Of a stretch of DNA of 64,000 nt, positions 12,878 through 26,463 are shown one piece after another (position 1 is the first letter of the stretch; each line of letters opens with the position of its first letter). This stretch comes from Octopus sinensis (lineage: Eukaryota). Position numbers and translations under genes: made by a program. The stretch spans positions 19,716,001 to 19,780,000 of the forward strand of contig NC_043004.1 of the NCBI RefSeq assembly GCF_006345805.1. The letters are read 5' to 3'. The notes under the pieces are model-generated. The model saw only the letters and a list, made by a program, of their open reading frames with translations, was not told where the DNA came from and did not search any database.

Positions 12878-12970
12878 ATGATCGTCGAAGCGGTTGGACT
12901 ATAACCGTCAACACGGTTCACAGAAGTCACTGGCTTGCAACACAGTGCGGCGTTACGATGATTCCTTTAA
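12878..12970 (+). CDS. Candidate internal exon, phase 1 to 1 (DDRRSGWTITVNTVHRSHWLATQCGVTMIPL)
   Basis: Acceptor catattctctctacag, donor AA/gttagt, 93 nt, only one frame open. No homology recognised. Confidence 0.15.
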
Positions 12971-13197
12971 GTTAGTCTTTCATGCTTTCCGTCTCTTGTG
13001 AAGTGATTGGCCCAGCTATTTCCTCTCTTTATATTTTGTATATAAATTTCAGCTAAGCATTGTGGAAGAACGTGAAATAAAGGACTCAACACTCCGCTCG
13101 GTCCGGTTATTTAACCTACGACATAATGATCCTGAGCTGCATATCCAAGCCTCTAGGTCACGCGCTTTTAGAACATGTGCGCGCGCACACACTAACA

Positions 13198-13237
<40 letters not shown>

Positions 13238-14639
13238 TATGGATTTATTTAAGTGTGCTGTGAATGGGCGATGATTACTTATAATTACAACACTCAATTC
13301 CTTACCCGGGTGGATGGCTTTGTCCTTCAGCAAACTAATTCATTGCATGTAGTTCCAGTGTAGTCAGCCTAAAATAAGTAACAGAAATTTGCTAGCGCAG
13401 CTATCTCTATTTCTATCTAGACTAGAATGTGGGAGAGTCGAGTAGATGTCTTTGCCTGCTCGCATCTGCCAAGTCATTTGAAACATTTAGACAAAGCATG
13501 GTACCTGTTACCAAGTCATACTCGATCGCAGGAGACGGCTGGGTTTTTTTTTATGCATAGGGGATGGGCTTAACTCTTGATATATTTAAAAAAGCGTCAG
13601 TGTGACATATAATGTCATAGAGCATTTTACACCTGGACGAGTCCATCCCTCTCCAGTCTGAATACAGTCAATTTCTTGCAGAGATAAGGGGAAAGACTAT
13701 ATCTGTGAGACTGGTACTTTATTTATTGAAACGATTATGAATATATTTGAGATGGAGAAACTAATATAATCTGTAGTAAAGTAACCGATGAGTGTTAACG
13801 TTTTGTTTATTTCCTAAGTATGTAATATTTCCCATGTTTTGAGGTCATTTGTGTCCTTAGAGTTTATGATTGCCGACGGAAATAAACTTGAAACCACTTC
13901 TCTTTCCATTCACTTTTCAACTCTTCTTTTCTCTCTCTTTTTCCTTCTTCTATCCCCTCTCTTCTCTCTCTATGCCGTTTCTCCTTCTCTGTCTTTCGTG
14001 TCTGCAATTCTGAACTTGCTGTTTTCTGATCTCGTTATGAACATTGATCACTCTTTTATATCATTCAGCTCAACTAATGAGCACACATGTCCTTCTAGTT
14101 TCCAATTTTGTTCAAAGATTCGTCCACCATTTATCGTGCTATGAAGTTTTCTTTGACGTCACGTTTATTATGTTACTATTTTCGCTTTTATTATTTTCCT
14201 GGAAATCGATAAATATCTTATCTTTGTCGTAAAACCGTGTTTTAATTCATTTTTATTGCAAGTAGATTTATGTTTTTCATTTTCCGTTCGAGCCACTAAT
14301 CATAAATTTACATAATTTTGTCTATTCTTGTGCTTTTCCGTTTCAATCGCTACGAATAAAATATATTTCCCTATTTCGTCGTAACTGTATCTTTCGCCTA
14401 ACAGTTGAATCCAGCGTTTGTTGACGTCCTTAAGGAACGTAGTTCTATCTGAGATATGATCGTGAGAAAGCTAAAGAACGTTTAATCTTCCTTTTTTTCA
14501 TTTAAGCACGTAATATAATTTCATCAGTTGTAAATCATTCCTTACATACACACACACATACATATATACATACATGCATACATACGTACGTACATAAACA
14601 TACATACATACATACATACACAGATACATGCATTGAAGA

Positions 14640-14980
14640 TGTAAGCCACCTTATTACCACATGAGAAAGAATGTCTTCTTGTTACTACCACCCCATGAGA
14701 CATGATGTGTTAGCTAGAACAGAAGATGAAGAGAAAATCAAATTGGGAGGAATATATTGAAACAAATGGTACAAAAGAATACCGGTGGATCTTAAAAATA
14801 TAAACTGTCACCAAGTTAAAACCCAACCGGCCTGATATTGTAGTTTGGGACCGCACAGTCGTCACAAATCCGGTGCTCCATTGATGTCGGTGCGGTAAAA
14901 ATAAAAAGTACAAGAGAAGCAGGAAACCTACGGATTATTGAGAAGTTTTTAGATCAAGTATCCACGATGCTTGAAAAAAA
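14640..14980 (+). mobile_element. RLE-type LINE endonuclease remnant
   Basis: Reads TVTKLKPNRPDIVVWDR near 14805-14855, the NRPDIV PD-(D/E)xK motif. Heavily decayed. Confidence 0.7.
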
Positions 14981-15203
14981 TATAAAACGTTCTTACGATT
15001 CAAGGAGACGATGACAATTTTCTTTACATCCTTTCCCTCGGAAAGGTGACAGGTTTAAAAAATAAACAATTAAGAGAATAAGTGAACATATAGAATTAAG
15101 GTACTTTTACATTAGATGACAAAACGTAATACTTACATACAATTACTGCTCAGATTGTCTTGTTGCCTAAAACGTCAATTTGAACAGCTACTCATGGCAT
15201 GGG

Positions 15204-15430
15204 TGTTATGGCTATCTGATGACTATTGGCTATAGGTGGTATGTCAAGTATAAATTAGCAAACAGCTATAATCTGGTTAGATTATGTGTTATGGGGATAA
15301 TAATAATTATGGAACACCCCTCCCACGTGACAAGGTGTCAGTTGTCGTGTCTTGTCTGACTAACTATACTGCTATACCAGAGTGAGCGTTATAACAGTCC
15401 GTCGTTGCATCAAAACAGTGGCGACGGGGA
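15204..15430 (+). mobile_element. Probable LTR with primer-binding site
   Basis: TGTTATGG start (15204, or alternatively 15287) and ACA end at 15417. TGGCGACGGGGA (15419-15430) matches 11/12 of the tRNA-Ser(GCU)-type PBS TGGCGACGAGGA used by Gypsy elements. Confidence 0.45.
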
Positions 15431-18025
15431 ATTAGCAAACTCACGAGGATTAAACAAGCTCACAATATTTCTAATTACAAATACTTCGCTTAAGGCCTTC
15501 AATTTCCTCCTTAGTTCAATTAAGGATAGCAGCATTGCTGTATATCTATGCTACTGTCGAGCTGCTTGTGGCTGTAATTAAATATCTGGAATGCAGTCAG
15601 CTTTTCAATAGCGTTTTCAGTCAATTCAGAGAAAATTTATGATGTGTCGTCTCCGAACGATGGCACAGTCACTCCTAAGAAATAGCTCAAAAGTATGCAC
15701 ATGTAATATATAAGCGAATATATCATCTAGTAAATATACAGGAAATGATAGTAAGAACTTTCATTTAAGTCATTTACTTTCCAAATGTTCATATTATCTT
15801 TTCAAAGATTTCTTTTTGACACAAAATACTAAGTGTGAGCACAACTGGTCATATGTCAAACTTCAAGTAAGCCCTTACTGCAATTATATAGATACAGAGG
15901 TATCATTTGCAAATTAGTGTCAAATCAAATCCTATTCAGGAAGTAAAATCTTAAATTGTAAACACGTTTTCCTTTCTGAGAAGAAACTATTAGAATAAAA
16001 TCCAGGTTAAAGAAAGAGAACATGTAATTAGCCAATAGGCGGATTCTAAGTCAAATCATCGTAATCTTTCATCAGGTCTTAAACACAGCGCTGCAAATAT
16101 CTTGATTATATATGTGTGTGAACCTTTATTAGATTTAGGAAAAGGATCATTAAGAGATGGTATTCGTTTAGCATTATTGGAAGAGAAGCCAGTGAAATGA
16201 CATGTACTATTATTATAATATCATCAAACTATATTGTTCTGAGAAACTAAGAGAATAATGGCTATATGGAACAAGAACAATTGGGAAAAATGGATTACTA
16301 GCTTCCTGCAGTATATAATAAATTGGATGATTGGATTGGATGCATTATTATAGAAAGGATTACTGAAAAATAAAACTATGGAATTGGCGATGGTAGACTA
16401 CATAATTACAGAATAATAAAATGTTATATGTAGCATCATATATTTAAATTTACCGTGATATGTAGGTTTTTCATTTCACGTCTTTTGAAACTGTTCATAT
16501 ATGTGGCGGGTTTTCCATCGGTGTCGATGATGAATAATAATTTGTTAAACTAATTGAATTCCCACGTGTAAAATTAACGTAGCTGAGTAATATTCATAAT
16601 TATATAACCTAGACAAAATTCTCAGGTTGAGCATAAGTAAAGAAAGGAAAAAGTAAGCAATATTGCATTGAATAAAAGCAATCTGACAGGAAAATTCGCT
16701 TTTTAAAATTCAATCCAGAAATATATTGAGATGTGTTGAGCAATATGCTTGATAAGCGTGCTCCAACTCTTCCACCATATTATAGAATTAATTATTCAAG
16801 TGAAGCATTCTCTCAGTAGGAAATATTTAATCCCACTGATTGAGAATATTTCTCCTCAACAACACATTTTCAAAAATTAAAATCAATGAACTAGTCCAAT
16901 TTACAGGGATGATTACATACCAATGTATCAAGTTAATTAAATAATAAATCTTTACTTCCATGGTTTAATATTTTGCAAGAGGCAAATAATACCTTATGGA
17001 ATTTATGTCAGTTTTCATCAGTTCTGTGTGTATATTAGTGCAGAGTAACTGTGTATCTATAACGTCGTGAGTTATGCCTTATATGTTGACACTGTGTATG
17101 AGAAAGGAAAATAGTGTAGTGATGTGACATCGATTTTAAGCGCTCATTTAGTAGCCTAAAGCAAAGTCACATTCTTTCACTGTTCCTCGTTCTTGGATAC
17201 AAAGAACGGTCCCAAACATTACAGCTTTTTAATCTCATGGCAGTTTCACTGTTCTGTGAATTTGCCTAAAAATTTAATACACAACGCTGTGCAAATTAGT
17301 TAACAAATAAAATAAATATATGAAAATAAAAATGCTAACGAGAAATACCTTAGCAAATCAAGAAAACATTTGCAGTCTGTTAGACTAATATTGTTTTCAA
17401 TATTCTAGGCTATAAAAAGCATAAAAATTATACTTATTTAACTCAACAAAACATAACATTCACTTTCGTGAGAATGAAGGATTCACTAATATCCAAAATT
17501 GTACTTGTACAGTGATTGGAAAATATAGTCGCTTCGAAAATATTGATATTGCTTACCTATCGTCAAGTTAAATTATACATCTACAGAATACTATACTTAC
17601 TATCGGAGACCATATCATTGATATCCGAAATGAACTTTATTTTTCCGCATTCCATTCAATTCATTGTAACATAACATTAAGACAATAATCGTCATGATTT
17701 TTCGATATTCTCCGCTAAATTAATTGTAACAGGAATGGCATGCTGGTTACGGCAGTAATTAATAAATAGGAATAAAAGAATAATTTATCATTTGTAGCAT
17801 AACGTCAATGCATCTCGCAGGGATTCATACATATAGCTCTGGATCAGAATTCTCCTGAATTTGTTTACAAGGAAATGAATAGCCGAAAATGAGTATTTTA
17901 GGATGGGTATGAAGTGACTTTTTAACCATACATATTTAGCTGCTATTTCATATCTGAAATACAATTACGTTGCGTTTAAAACACACTGAGTATGATCTTC
18001 TGTCTATTCCATATATGTGATATTT

Positions 18026-18230
18026 AAGGCAGCGAACTGGCAGAATCGTTAGCACGGGTTAAATCTTAGCGGTATTTCGTCCAGCTTTACGTTCGGTGTC
18101 TAAATACCGCCGAGGTCGACTTTGCGTTTCATCCTTTCGGGGTCGATAAATTAAGTACCAGTTGCATACTGGGGTCGATCTAATCGAATAACCCCCTCCC
18201 CAAACATTTCAGGCCTAGAAAAGACTATAT
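18026..18230 (+). mobile_element. tRNA-headed SINE (family 1), near full length
   Basis: A-box TGGCAGAATCG and a decayed B-box, then GAGGTCGACTTTGCGTTTCATCCTTTCGGGGTCGATAAA...TGGGGTCGATCTAATCGA. Related copies occur at 30560-30715, 31270-31515 and 44290-44490. Confidence 0.8.
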
Positions 18231-19596
18231 GAGATATTTGATCTTGCTTCACACAATATTTATATTTGATTGTAAACTCTGTCGTACAAACACCGGTTCT
18301 CTGAACAGTGTTGATTTATCGTGAGAGCTAATTGAAGCGAATTACATTAAAATTACATGATAAAAGTTGTTGAACAGTAAATTGCAGGAAATATTTAATA
18401 ATTTAATGCTTGTATATAATCATCAAGATTAATTAAATATCTAGTTCTGTCGAAGTAACGAGTATTTATACAAACAGGCGAGGATAAAATGGAGAGGAAC
18501 GGGAGTCAAAGAGGAAGCAGGAGGTTATAAAAGTGATGCTGTGGTTGTTTGAAGGGGATGTGAGAATAAAATTGTAAGTGGCAATAGATTTGGTTTTCCA
18601 GTAGAGTAAGATAAGTTTTTATCCTTGTAGATTTGATTTGATAATTCTGTTTGACACCAACACATGCAGCTTAATTATTAAGTTTGATTAGTAATTCTAA
18701 TGCTATCGTTTTTATCCAGTGTATTGGATACATTTTGGCGAATAAATTGAACGCATTAACAAGCAGAAAGTGAGATAGCAATAAAAATAACAACGAGAGA
18801 ACTGCGAGGCATTGAAGCTCGAAAAAGTTTTGATGAGTTAAGACATAATTTGAGCTTCAAAGTATTTTATGTGTTTAGCCGCTGCACTATCCTAAGTATG
18901 GAAACATAGATATAGTAAATAATCCAATTGTTCAAAGCTGAAAAGTTTTATAGGTCTGAAATAAATCCCTAGTTAAAGGAATATTACCGATAAGTGATGA
19001 CAATGAATAATGTAAAAAAAGCTGAAAGAATCATGCAAGCTTACATCTTATTTTATAGTATCTAATCTGTATAAATCCAGTCAATGTCTTGTGTTTGGTC
19101 TTGTAAATATGTAGGGAGACTGGACAATAAACAAAATGATTTCTAATTATATTCTTCAAAGCAATAGAAGTGAATGAATCGTCGTTTGTTTACATGATCA
19201 GAAAATTTCCTGATCAGTAAATTAACATATATTTGACTGAGTATTTCATTCACATGTATAATTAGCATGGTTCTCAAAAATCAATATGACCATTGTAAAA
19301 AAGCTGAGCCTTTGTATAACATGTACAATTCATCCGACAGATTCGTGCACAGTATCCGTCAACCATGTTTCACAACGTGTTGGTCGACTGAAGCCTAATT
19401 TATCCCGCAGGTTATCGAACTCGATATCTCATGGGTATGAAGCGACTTGCTTAACCATACATCCACCCGGGTCATAGAGTGTTCACAACACTTTAATTAT
19501 AGAAACTATTGCTTACATTGTTTTATTAAACATACTTTTCTATAACCAAGTTATGTACACTATGATTCCAAGACGCTCAAGTATTAATATGGATCA

Positions 19597-19748
19597 TCTA
19601 GCTGTGTGGTAAGAAGCTTGCATCGCAACCACATGGGTCCGAATTCAATTCCACTGCACGACACTTTGAGCAAGTGTCTTCTACTATAACCTCGGGCTGA
19701 CTAAATTTTTGTTGATGGATCTGGTAGATAGAATCTAGAAGTCATCAA

Positions 19749-19750
<2 letters not shown>
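19597..19750 (+). mobile_element. tRNA-headed SINE (family 2)
   Basis: GCTGTGTGGTAAGAAGCTTG...CAAGTGTCTTCTACTATAACCTCGGGC, homologous to 21436-21600. Ends in (TA)n. Confidence 0.75.
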
Positions 19751-19811
<61 letters not shown>

Positions 19812-20114
19812 CACAATTTAAGTTAGTTGAAGTATGTTTGTCACATATTTCAACTGCTAAATCCAAATACACTGCAGTTACAGTGGAGAAAAATCTCCAT
19901 TATGGTAAAGAGGTATGAAAACACCCATTTGGTTAAGTGTTGCCATCTCTTGGGAATCTCGGACATTGATGTTTCGAATTTATTGAGTCTTGTCGATGAA
20001 ATGTTCAAGAGGCAACTCTGAACTAACTTCCTTTAGCAGTTGAAATACGTGACATCCATATTTCAACTAAGCTAATGTGTGATTATACGAAAATGCTGCT
20101 TTGCACGATTACTT

Positions 20115-20176
<62 letters not shown>

Positions 20177-20262
20177 ACATACACACACTCACACACAAAC
20201 ACACACACACACACACACACACAAATACACACACACACACAAATACACACACACACATATAT
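20115..20262. repeat. (CA)n microsatellite
   Basis: Read directly. Confidence 0.95.
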
Positions 20263-20264
20263 CT

Positions 20265-20440
20265 GTATGTGTGCGCCTTCGTCTCCACGCCCACATTAGT
20301 TAGCGGTTCGGTAGAAGGAGCGATAGAATAAGTACCAGACTTAAAAAGTAATAAGACGTAGAATCGAGTCATTCGACTATGAATTCCCGAAGTTCGTGCT
20401 CCAGCATGACCACAGTCAAATGACTGAAGCATGTAAACGT
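20265..20440 (+). mobile_element. SINE-like interspersed repeat (family 3)
   Basis: TTAGCGGTTCGG...GATAGAATAAGTAC...GTGCTCCAGCATGACCACAGTCAAATGACTGAAGC is shared with 23810-24010, 24485-24560 and 35755-35990. Confidence 0.7.
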
Positions 20441-21359
20441 ATGAACCATAGCTTACTGTTTGAGATCCACGGCAATACTGTATTGGTGGCAGGACACAAT
20501 TGAACGAGTTATTAGCTGGTTTCCCAGTGTCTCAGCAATTCAGATCTCTCTGATCTTGACTTGCAACATTCAATATTACTGAAATATATAATGAAAAGAA
20601 AACATTTTCATTATTACAGCATGTTGTTAGTCATGAACCAAGGAAATGTATGTATATAAAAAGGAAATACTAAAAGAAAGTTTAAAACTAAAATAAACAT
20701 TCCTTGTAAATGGATTTCAAATGGCCGTGTCTTCATATGTTACTTCTATGATTAATTAACTTCTACTGACTAATGAGAAATCCAAATGTAAATCTTGATA
20801 TTTATTTCTGACTTTACATTTTCTGTAATATTAATATTTAATTATCTTGGAACATTTACATTTGGCCGTATTTTATTATTTTTATTTGTTACATGCAAAT
20901 GTTTGAAACAAAGAAGAAAGGTTTTCAAAAATGCTTGGGGCTTATAAATGATTTAATGTTGTTTGCGTTGAATTCGAAATTTTAATTAGACATTTTAAAT
21001 AAGTTGTCTTCTTGCTCTCATTGTACATTTCAAGACATTCTATTTTAAATCAGACTGTATTACTGATATTTTTTACAGATGTTTGCTCTTAGCATTTTAA
21101 CACACACAGACGCACACACACACGCACGTGGAAGCGTTCATGTATGTCCGAATACGTGTCTTTAACACTTTAGGAAGGTCATCTTTGTTATACGAAACCG
21201 GTATTGTCAAGTAATTCTGCTAAAATACGCTTCAACAGAGCTTCTCACAGAAAAAAAGTTGCAAATCCTGCACAAAACAAAATAATGTATATACGGTTTC
21301 TCTCTCTCTTTCTCTCTCTCCCCATCCGCCCTCGCTCCGTCTCTCTCTTTCTCTTTCTC

Positions 21360-21394
<35 letters not shown>

Positions 21395-21435
21395 GATAGA
21401 TAGATCTACATATATAGGTGTACATACATGTACAT

Positions 21436-21600
21436 AGGCGCAGGAATGGCTGTGTGGTAAGCAGCATGCTTAACAACCACATGGTTCCAGGTCAGTCCCA
21501 ATGCATGGCAACTTGGGAAAGTGTCTTCTACTATAGCCTCGGACTGACCAAAGCCTTTTGAGTAGATTTGATAGACAGAAACTGAAAGAAGCCCGTCGTA
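21436..21600 (+). mobile_element. tRNA-headed SINE (family 2)
   Basis: A-box TGGCTGTGTGG and B-box-like GGTTCCAGGTCAGTCCC. The tail GACAGAAACTGAAAGAAGCCCGTCG runs into (TA)n. Confidence 0.8.
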
Positions 21601-21911
21601 TATATATATATACACCCCAATACCACCAGCACCACTATACCACATCACACCACAACACACCACAACACAACACTGACCAATTCCCAGCACCTACACAATC
21701 ATTCACACACCTACACTTTCTCACACGCACGCACGCACAAGCACAAACACGCTCTTAAATACAAATGCACGCGCACCTCCGTTTTGTGATCACCATTACT
21801 TTATTATCTCCCCTTCTTCCTAGCATTCACCCCTCTGTCCGGCATTCACCATGATAGATTGATAGCCACTATACCTTTTTCTACTTTCTCTCCATGTTTA
21901 TTTCTGTTTTC

Positions 21912-21947
21912 CTTTCTATCGAAGAGCGTAAGCTCGAAACATAAAAG
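21912..21947 (+). ncRNA. Decayed minimal hammerhead-like motif
   Basis: CTTT-CTATCGA-A-GAGC gtaa GCTC-GAAACATA-AAAG. Stems I and II are intact. The core has 2 mismatches and stem III has decayed from ACGT. Confidence 0.4.
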
Positions 21948-22116
21948 ACTTTCTCACTTCCTGACCGTTAAACTAATACATTTGTTTGTTGTTTACATCT
22001 CCGTCTTCGTCTTTTCTTTTTTGTAAATTCCCACTATATATACGAGTAAGGTTGAGTTATGTTGCGTGCATGCATGTGTATATGTAAATGTGTGTGTACA
22101 TTTGTTTTTATATATA

Positions 22117-23103
22117 TTTGGTCATCTAATAAGTTCTGTCCGATTTTTACCTTTTTTAAAAATGAATGGAATTTAATAGTATTTTAGAATGTCTAATGGA
22201 ATTAAAAATTATTTTTATGTATTTGCGTACATTTAAACTAATTAAATATTATTTTACAGAATAATAGAATTAAAATTTATTTGTTTAAAATACTTTCTAA
22301 CATGCAAGTATCCAAAGAGCATTTAAGGCACATAATACTTTATGAGTTCAAAAAGGAAACTCTGCAGTCTGAAAGCAACCGCAAATCCCGAGTTGACACC
22401 TGCTCGTCTTTCCATTCTTGCGAACCCACTTCACCCTTTTTCGATAGACTTGTGACTGATGACGAAAAATGTATCTTCTATCGAAATGTTAAATGTCGTA
22501 TTTCTCTCTCGAAATGTTAAATGGTGAAAGGGAAAAAGCTCAACCACAACCGAGAAGGGAACTTCGTAGAGAAAAGTTTCTTCTCTCAATCTGGTGGGGT
22601 TGCAAAGGAGTAATTCACTTTGAATTGTTACTACCTAATGCAACAATCAATGCTCAAGTCTACTGCCAGCAATTAAAGCATTTGAACCAAGCTTTGAAGA
22701 AAAAAAGACCCGCTTTTGTGAATCAAAAAGGAGTGGTGTTTCATCAGGACAATGCGCGAGCCCACACTACAAAGATCACATCACAGAAGATCGAAGAGCT
22801 TGGTTGGGAAAAGATTCATTATCTACCTTATTCATCCCATTTGCTTCGTAGTTTACAGAATCATTTGGGGGACATAACTTTCACAAGACAGGAAGAAGTC
22901 GAAACTGACATTTCAAAGTTTTTCGCTTTGAAACTCTTTTGAGTTTCACATTGATGGGATTAAAAAGCTTATAAATAGGTGGAAGGAAGGAAGTCATAGA
23001 TAATCAGGGAAAGTACATTGATGATTAAATTTCAATTAAATATAACATTTGGTCATTTGTTTCTTATATTCAAAATTCGGACAGAACTTATGTGATGACC
23101 TGA
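22117..23103 (+). mobile_element. Mariner (DD34D) transposon, internally deleted, TIRs present
   Basis: TIRs TTGGTCATCTAATAAGTTCTGTCCGATTTT and its approximate reverse complement, flanked by TA. Translation contains KEHLRHIILYEFKK, DRLVTDDEK, LSIWWGCKGVIHFELL and FHQDNARAH. Confidence 0.95.
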
Positions 23104-23125
23104 TATATATGTATTTGTGTGTATG

Positions 23126-23224
<99 letters not shown>

Positions 23225-23809
23225 GTGTGTGTGTGTGTGTATGACTATTTGTATGTATATATATATTAATATAATATAATTTATTCCTTATGAGAAATAC
23301 TTTATATGGAACGTATTTCATTATATTAATTATACTCATATAGAGAGAATGGTGTCTTTAACTTTTTCCACTTATATTTCAAAATTTCCGTTAGCCAAAT
23401 CAGTTTTAGTTCTTATACAATTAGACTCAACACTACCTAAGCATGTTATTATATTTCATCTTTCATAATCGTGTTATGAATTTCCGAATGAGTTACGTGA
23501 CATGGACTCCATCTAGTCTCCTGTAACAACATAATATTCTTTTGATACTACTTTTCTTCTTTTTTGCACTGAGGAGATTGGTAATATGTAATTAAATTAA
23601 TTTAATTACAATTAAAATTAATTAATTTTGTTTTCCATATTTCTTACATGCTGGTGTTACTATCTGAAACGATCGTATGCATGGAATAAAATTTTATAAA
23701 ACTTTTAACATCTCTTCTCCATCTTTGATTTTTTGTTGAGTTTATATAGGATACGTGTTCTATAAATAATCCTTACACACACGTTACACACACATACACA
23801 TGTATATGT

Positions 23810-24010
23810 GTGTGTGTGTCTGTGATTGTCCCCCACCAACGCTTGACAAACGGTGCTGGTGTGTTCATGTCCCGTAAACTAGCAGTTCGGCAGACACTGA
23901 TAAAATAAATAAGTACTAAGCTTACGAAGAATAAGTCTTAGGGTCGATTTCTTCGAATAAAGGCAGCGCTCCAACATGGTCGCGGTCAAATGGCTGAAGC
24001 AAATAAACAG
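23810..24010 (+). mobile_element. SINE-like repeat (family 3)
   Basis: Homologous to 20265-20440 and 35755-35990. Confidence 0.7.
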
Positions 24011-24024
24011 AAAAATGTCAGCAT

Positions 24025-24181
24025 ATACAAGTGAGGCTGTTTGGTAAGAAGCTTGCTTCTCAACCGCATGGTTCCTGGTTCAGTTTCACTGCCTGGCATC
24101 TTGGGCTGGTATCTATAGCCTCGGACCGACCAGAGCCTTGTGAGTGGGTTTGGCAGACGGAAACTGAAAGAGTCCGTTGTA
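24025..24181 (+). mobile_element. tRNA-headed SINE (family 2)
   Basis: Homologous to 21436-21600. Confidence 0.75.
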
Positions 24182-24187
24182 TGTATG

Positions 24188-24223
<36 letters not shown>

Positions 24224-24559
24224 ATATCAAAATAAGCAACAAGGATATCCAAGCTAGAGTTGTACAATTGTTTTATGCTATTTTCATTTTATTAAACACT
24301 GTAAGTATTACATCAGTTTTAATATGTCGAGCAATCTTCAGCCACATATAGAATTTTCCAATTAAACGGACAATACACATTCTTATCCATGTATATATGT
24401 ATTTATATGTATGTACGTATGTATGTATGTATGTATGTATGTATGTATGTATGTATGTATGTATGTATGTATGTATGTATATGTTTGTGTGTGTGTGTCT
24501 GTGTTTGTTCGCTTGACTATCGATGCTGATATGTTTACACTCCCGTAACTTAGCGGTTC

Positions 24560-26409
24560 TGTCAAATGGACGGGTTCCCATTGCAATTCCACATTTTTGT
24601 CGATAGTAAACTGTATCGAACATGAAATAGTTGTTCAGTAGGATGAATTTGGGTGCTGGGATGATGAATCTGTGGTCTCTTCTGGGTATTTTCCTAGCCA
24701 GAAGGTGATTTCTTCTATACTATAATCGTGTGGGATATATTGGTGTACAAATTCACCACATCGAATGATACTAACAGGTTTCCTTCGGTAGGTGTTTAAG
24801 CATGTCTAAGTCATCCCTGATGAAGATTTTCACCTATTTTAGAAACGGTTTGTGTAAGATGTCGACGAAGTTGCTCAAACAGTGGGTTTCACAAGCAGGG
24901 CCAGTTATGATGGGTCTCAGTTTGAGGTCAGTAGGGTGAAGAACATTAATGCATAGGCTTGGAGAAACTTTGTAAGCTTTACAAATATGTAGATTTTAGT
25001 GTAATTTAGGTAATACGTAGAATAGACTAGGTCTGTATCTAAAATTGGACAACATAGTCAATTTCATTTTTAGTGAGGCCCTTTCCATGTATTTGAAGTA
25101 AGGAGGATAAGTTTTTAAGTGACTTCTGTGGTTTGTATTGTGCTATCTTCTCATAGTAAATATTTTCCAACATAGAGAGTATTAAATTTTTGTAGTACTC
25201 TGTGTCCATCACCACTACCGCACTTCCTTTGTCGGCTTCTTTAATGGTGAGGTTTATATTATTTTTAAAGTCGGTTAGGTCTTTCCATTCATTTACGTTA
25301 AGGTTAGATTTAATTCGTTATTTTTGTCGGATATTAAAAGGAAAATTGGTAATGTGTCCACAAAAAAGATCAAGTGCTTTATTTCTACCTTTTGTAGGAC
25401 AGTATTCGCTTTTATTTTTTACTATTGAGTCATCTTCTCTGGTGTAGTTGTGTAGTGCTTCTGTGAGGCGTACTTTTCGGCAGAAATCCATAGTGTTATC
25501 TTTAATTTCATTCCGGTTCGATCTGCGAAGGGTTGGAGTAAACATTAAACCTCTTGCTAGAATTTTAGTTTGGATATTCTTAGATAAGTTGATTATTTTC
25601 GGTTGTTCTTGTACATTTTCTTCCATTTCACATCTCTGTTTCTCTGATTTAGGCCTAAAAAATGCTTGTAGTAAGTAGATTGTTGTAGAAAGTCTGTATT
25701 GTGTTTGGTTTGCTGAGGATAAATTGGTATAAAGTGTCTGTGGTAGTATGCGTGTGGTGGAGTGACCGTGTAGCGGACTAGATTATGGTTGTACTGAGGG
25801 TTGTTATATTGTCTATGGTTGATGTGGCTTGGGTTAAATTTATTTTTAATATTGTAATGTGGGTGGTGAGAGAAGATATGTTGTCAAGTGAAATTGTGTC
25901 TAGTTGAATGATTGAAGTAACCATGTCCAGGGTTAAGTCTCGGAGGTAAATTCGTCCATTGATTGTGAGGTCATGGGAGTAGATTGGTAGGTATTAGTTA
26001 CCGAAAGTTTAGGTTAGTCTGGAGGTTTCGATGGATCCTTTAATTTATGTGGGGTGCATTGAGGATTACGTCCAGATTTTCTATTGTGGGCTGAATTCCT
26101 GATAGTTGTTTGAAAGTTATTTTGGGGTGTAAGCGAGGTTAGGTCGCTGGAGTTGTGTCCCCTAGGTGGTCTGTAGTTTGTGTTAGCTAAGTGTGTGGCC
26201 ATTTCTGTGTAATGTTTTGGTTTATTTTTCCTTCAGGAAGGGGTCATCCGATGCGTTTCCAATGTTGATCTGTGTTTCGTAGTTAATAACGAAATTGGTT
26301 TGTCTTTCCCAGCGTTGTAGGAAATTGGTTTCTTCAGCTTCACAGGTTGCATTCCACAGTTTAAAAAAAACACTTTCCAAGCTTTCACCATCTGAATGTT
26401 TCTTTAATT

Positions 26410-26410
<1 letters not shown>
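24560..26410 (-). mobile_element. Penelope-like retroelement remnant (N-terminal region and RT)
   Basis: KIINLSK...KILARGLMFTPT (ORF 25318..25626), IKEADKGSAVVVMD, LRPIITGPACETH, SFDVVNLYTNI and NNYFMFDTVYYRQKCGIAMGT. All are PLE RT-region motifs, in the expected order. Confidence 0.9.

Positions 26411-26463
<53 letters not shown>

Noticed and set aside
13003-13046. Inverted CCAAT followed about 35 bp later by TATAAA
   Set aside because: Both motifs are common in AT-rich DNA, and no downstream gene supports a promoter call.
13430-13690. Possible RT remnant (SKAFD-like and GCPLSP-like patches)
   Set aside because: Too decayed to translate into convincing motifs without a profile search.
21170-23682. 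Further GAAAC-plus-palindrome motifs (GAAACCGGTA at 21194, GAAACGATCGTA at about 23666; also AAAACCGGTA at about 7856)
   Set aside because: The 5' cores and stem II are too decayed to support a call. They are worth revisiting only with family consensuses.
24815-24846. CTGATGAAG...GAAAC on the plus strand, resembling a hammerhead
   Set aside because: It is the antisense of Penelope RT codons (KIFIRDDL region), and stems I to III do not form.
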